Below, piece by piece: positions 54,710 to 55,427 of a DNA stretch of 55,427 nt. A model generated the notes under the pieces. It was not told where the DNA came from and made no database searches. It saw nothing but the letters and a program-made list of their open reading frames with translations. The position numbers and the translations under genes are program-made. Position 1 is the first letter of the stretch, and each line of letters starts with the position of its first letter. Origin of the DNA: Candidatus Moraniibacteriota bacterium. Lineage in GTDB: Bacteria; Patescibacteriota; Minisyncoccia; Moranbacterales; UBA1568. Where the stretch lies: NCBI GenBank assembly GCA_903854995.1, contig CAINXS010000052.1, positions 1 through 55,427 on the forward strand, read 5' to 3'.

Positions 54710-55427
54710 TCATCCGGCCTCGATCCCGTACGAATCCCCTACCCGCCTCCGCAAGCCGTACGTGTTCCCATATCGGAGCAGTCCGAGATACGACTGAACC
54801 GTTTCCGGCTTGCCGTTCTTCGCCTCCAAGTTTCGGAACATCCGCCGCTTCGTCGCCATGCGCAGGACACGATGATCCGGGAAGTGCACCCACCCGAGGA
54901 AGTCTACACCCGAAGCGACCGTCGCAATGAATACCTTGTCCGGGTGAAGCGTGAGCACAAGACGCGAGTCGAGAAACTCCCTTATTTTCGGAAGCATTGA
55001 TTCCAGTTCGCCCCTGTCTGGCGAGAGTATCACGAAGTCATCTGCATAGCGAATATAGTATTTCGCGCGTATCGTGTGCTTCATGAACCGGTCGAACTCG
55101 TTCAGATAGACGTTCGCGAGGAGCTGAGACGTCAGATTTCCGAGCGGGAGCCCCTTTCCCGGTTCCGTATGGAAACTCCCAACGATCTCCGCGAGCAGTC
55201 CGAGGATATCGCGATCCGGGATATGTTCGCGCAGGATGCGAAGTAGGATATCGTGGTCGATGGAGGCAAAGAATTTCTTTACGTCGCACTTCAGTACCCA
55301 CACGGTCCGAGAATGATTACGGGACACCTTCCTGGATAACTTCTGGAATCGATCAAGCGCCTTGTGAATCCCTTTTCCGTCCCGGCAAGTTAAGTGGTCG
55401 GGTTTGTCAAACACGATAGTGTCGACA
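54710..55427 (-). CDS. reverse transcriptase of the diversity-generating retroelement (DGR) type; N-terminus lies beyond the window
   Basis: Motifs present: VLKCDVKKFFASIDHDIL, GLPLGNLTSQLLANVYLNEFD (the [IL]GxxxSQ signature) and YIRYADDFVIL. The frame stays open to position 55427. Confidence 0.8.
   Translation of the reverse strand, partial: VDTIVFDKPDHLTCRDGKGIHKALDRFQKLSRKVSRNHSRTVWVLKCDVKKFFASIDHDILLRILREHIPDRDILGLLAEIVGSFHTEPGKGLPLGNLTSQLLANVYLNEFDRFMKHTIRAKYYIRYADDFVILSPDRGELESMLPKIREFLDSRLVLTLHPDKVFIATVASGVDFLGWVHFPDHRVLRMATKRRMFRNLEAKNGKPETVQSYLGLLRYGNTYGLRRRVGDSYGIEAG

Noticed and set aside
54710-55427. Group II intron or retron identity for the reverse transcriptase.
   Set aside because: Motif 4 is LGNLTSQ (DGR-type) rather than PQG..SP. 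No intron domain V/VI-like RNA or msr/msd-like inverted repeats are visible in the 47 nt downstream. The upstream side is outside the window.

Overview
The window is gene-dense with moderately high GC, and almost every gene is on the minus strand. The gene content suggests a small-genome bacterium. I infer a CPR/Patescibacteria (Parcubacteria-like) origin from three things: orphan four-helix-bundle genes, aaRS genes carrying insertions, and the repeat style. No rRNA is present to confirm this.

Housekeeping content:
- A complete F1Fo ATP synthase operon in the order atpB-E-F-H-A-G-D-C.
- Five aminoacyl-tRNA synthetases: leuS, metG, glyQS, ileS, argS.
- smpB with ssrA (tmRNA), and infC-rpmI-rplT.
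- tgt, mnmA, rsmI, trmH, recO, mutY, lgt, pyrF, tatD, a P-type ATPase, several transporters and two free-standing Nudix genes.

Mobile or accessory content:
- A frameshifted IS200/IS605 tnpA with paired hairpin ends at the left edge.
- A DGR-type reverse transcriptase truncated by the right edge.
- Two Avd-family four-helix-bundle genes embedded in essential operons.
- A family of roughly 90-125 bp MITE-like elements with GTCATYCCG termini.
- Two AT-rich islets.

Four unusual signals stand out:
1. Intergenic spacers are built from locus-specific 7-8 nt 'word' repeats (ACAACTT, GAATCAG/GGAAT, CAGATAAC, GCGAAAT, GAAGCTT). These often occur as inverted arm pairs joining the upstream stop codon to the downstream start codon. 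In one clear case (atpD/atpC), and more weakly upstream of ileS, the arms enclose a four-helix-bundle gene.
2. The same repeats and MITEs sit in frame inside leuS, ileS, tgt and mutY.
3. A complete Nudix domain is nested inside LeuRS, and the two other Nudix genes lie next to argS and ileS.
4. An isoleucine T-box leader is followed first by a four-helix-bundle gene and only then by ileS.

All calls come from reading the ORF translations and the DNA by eye. No database search or folding calculation was run.
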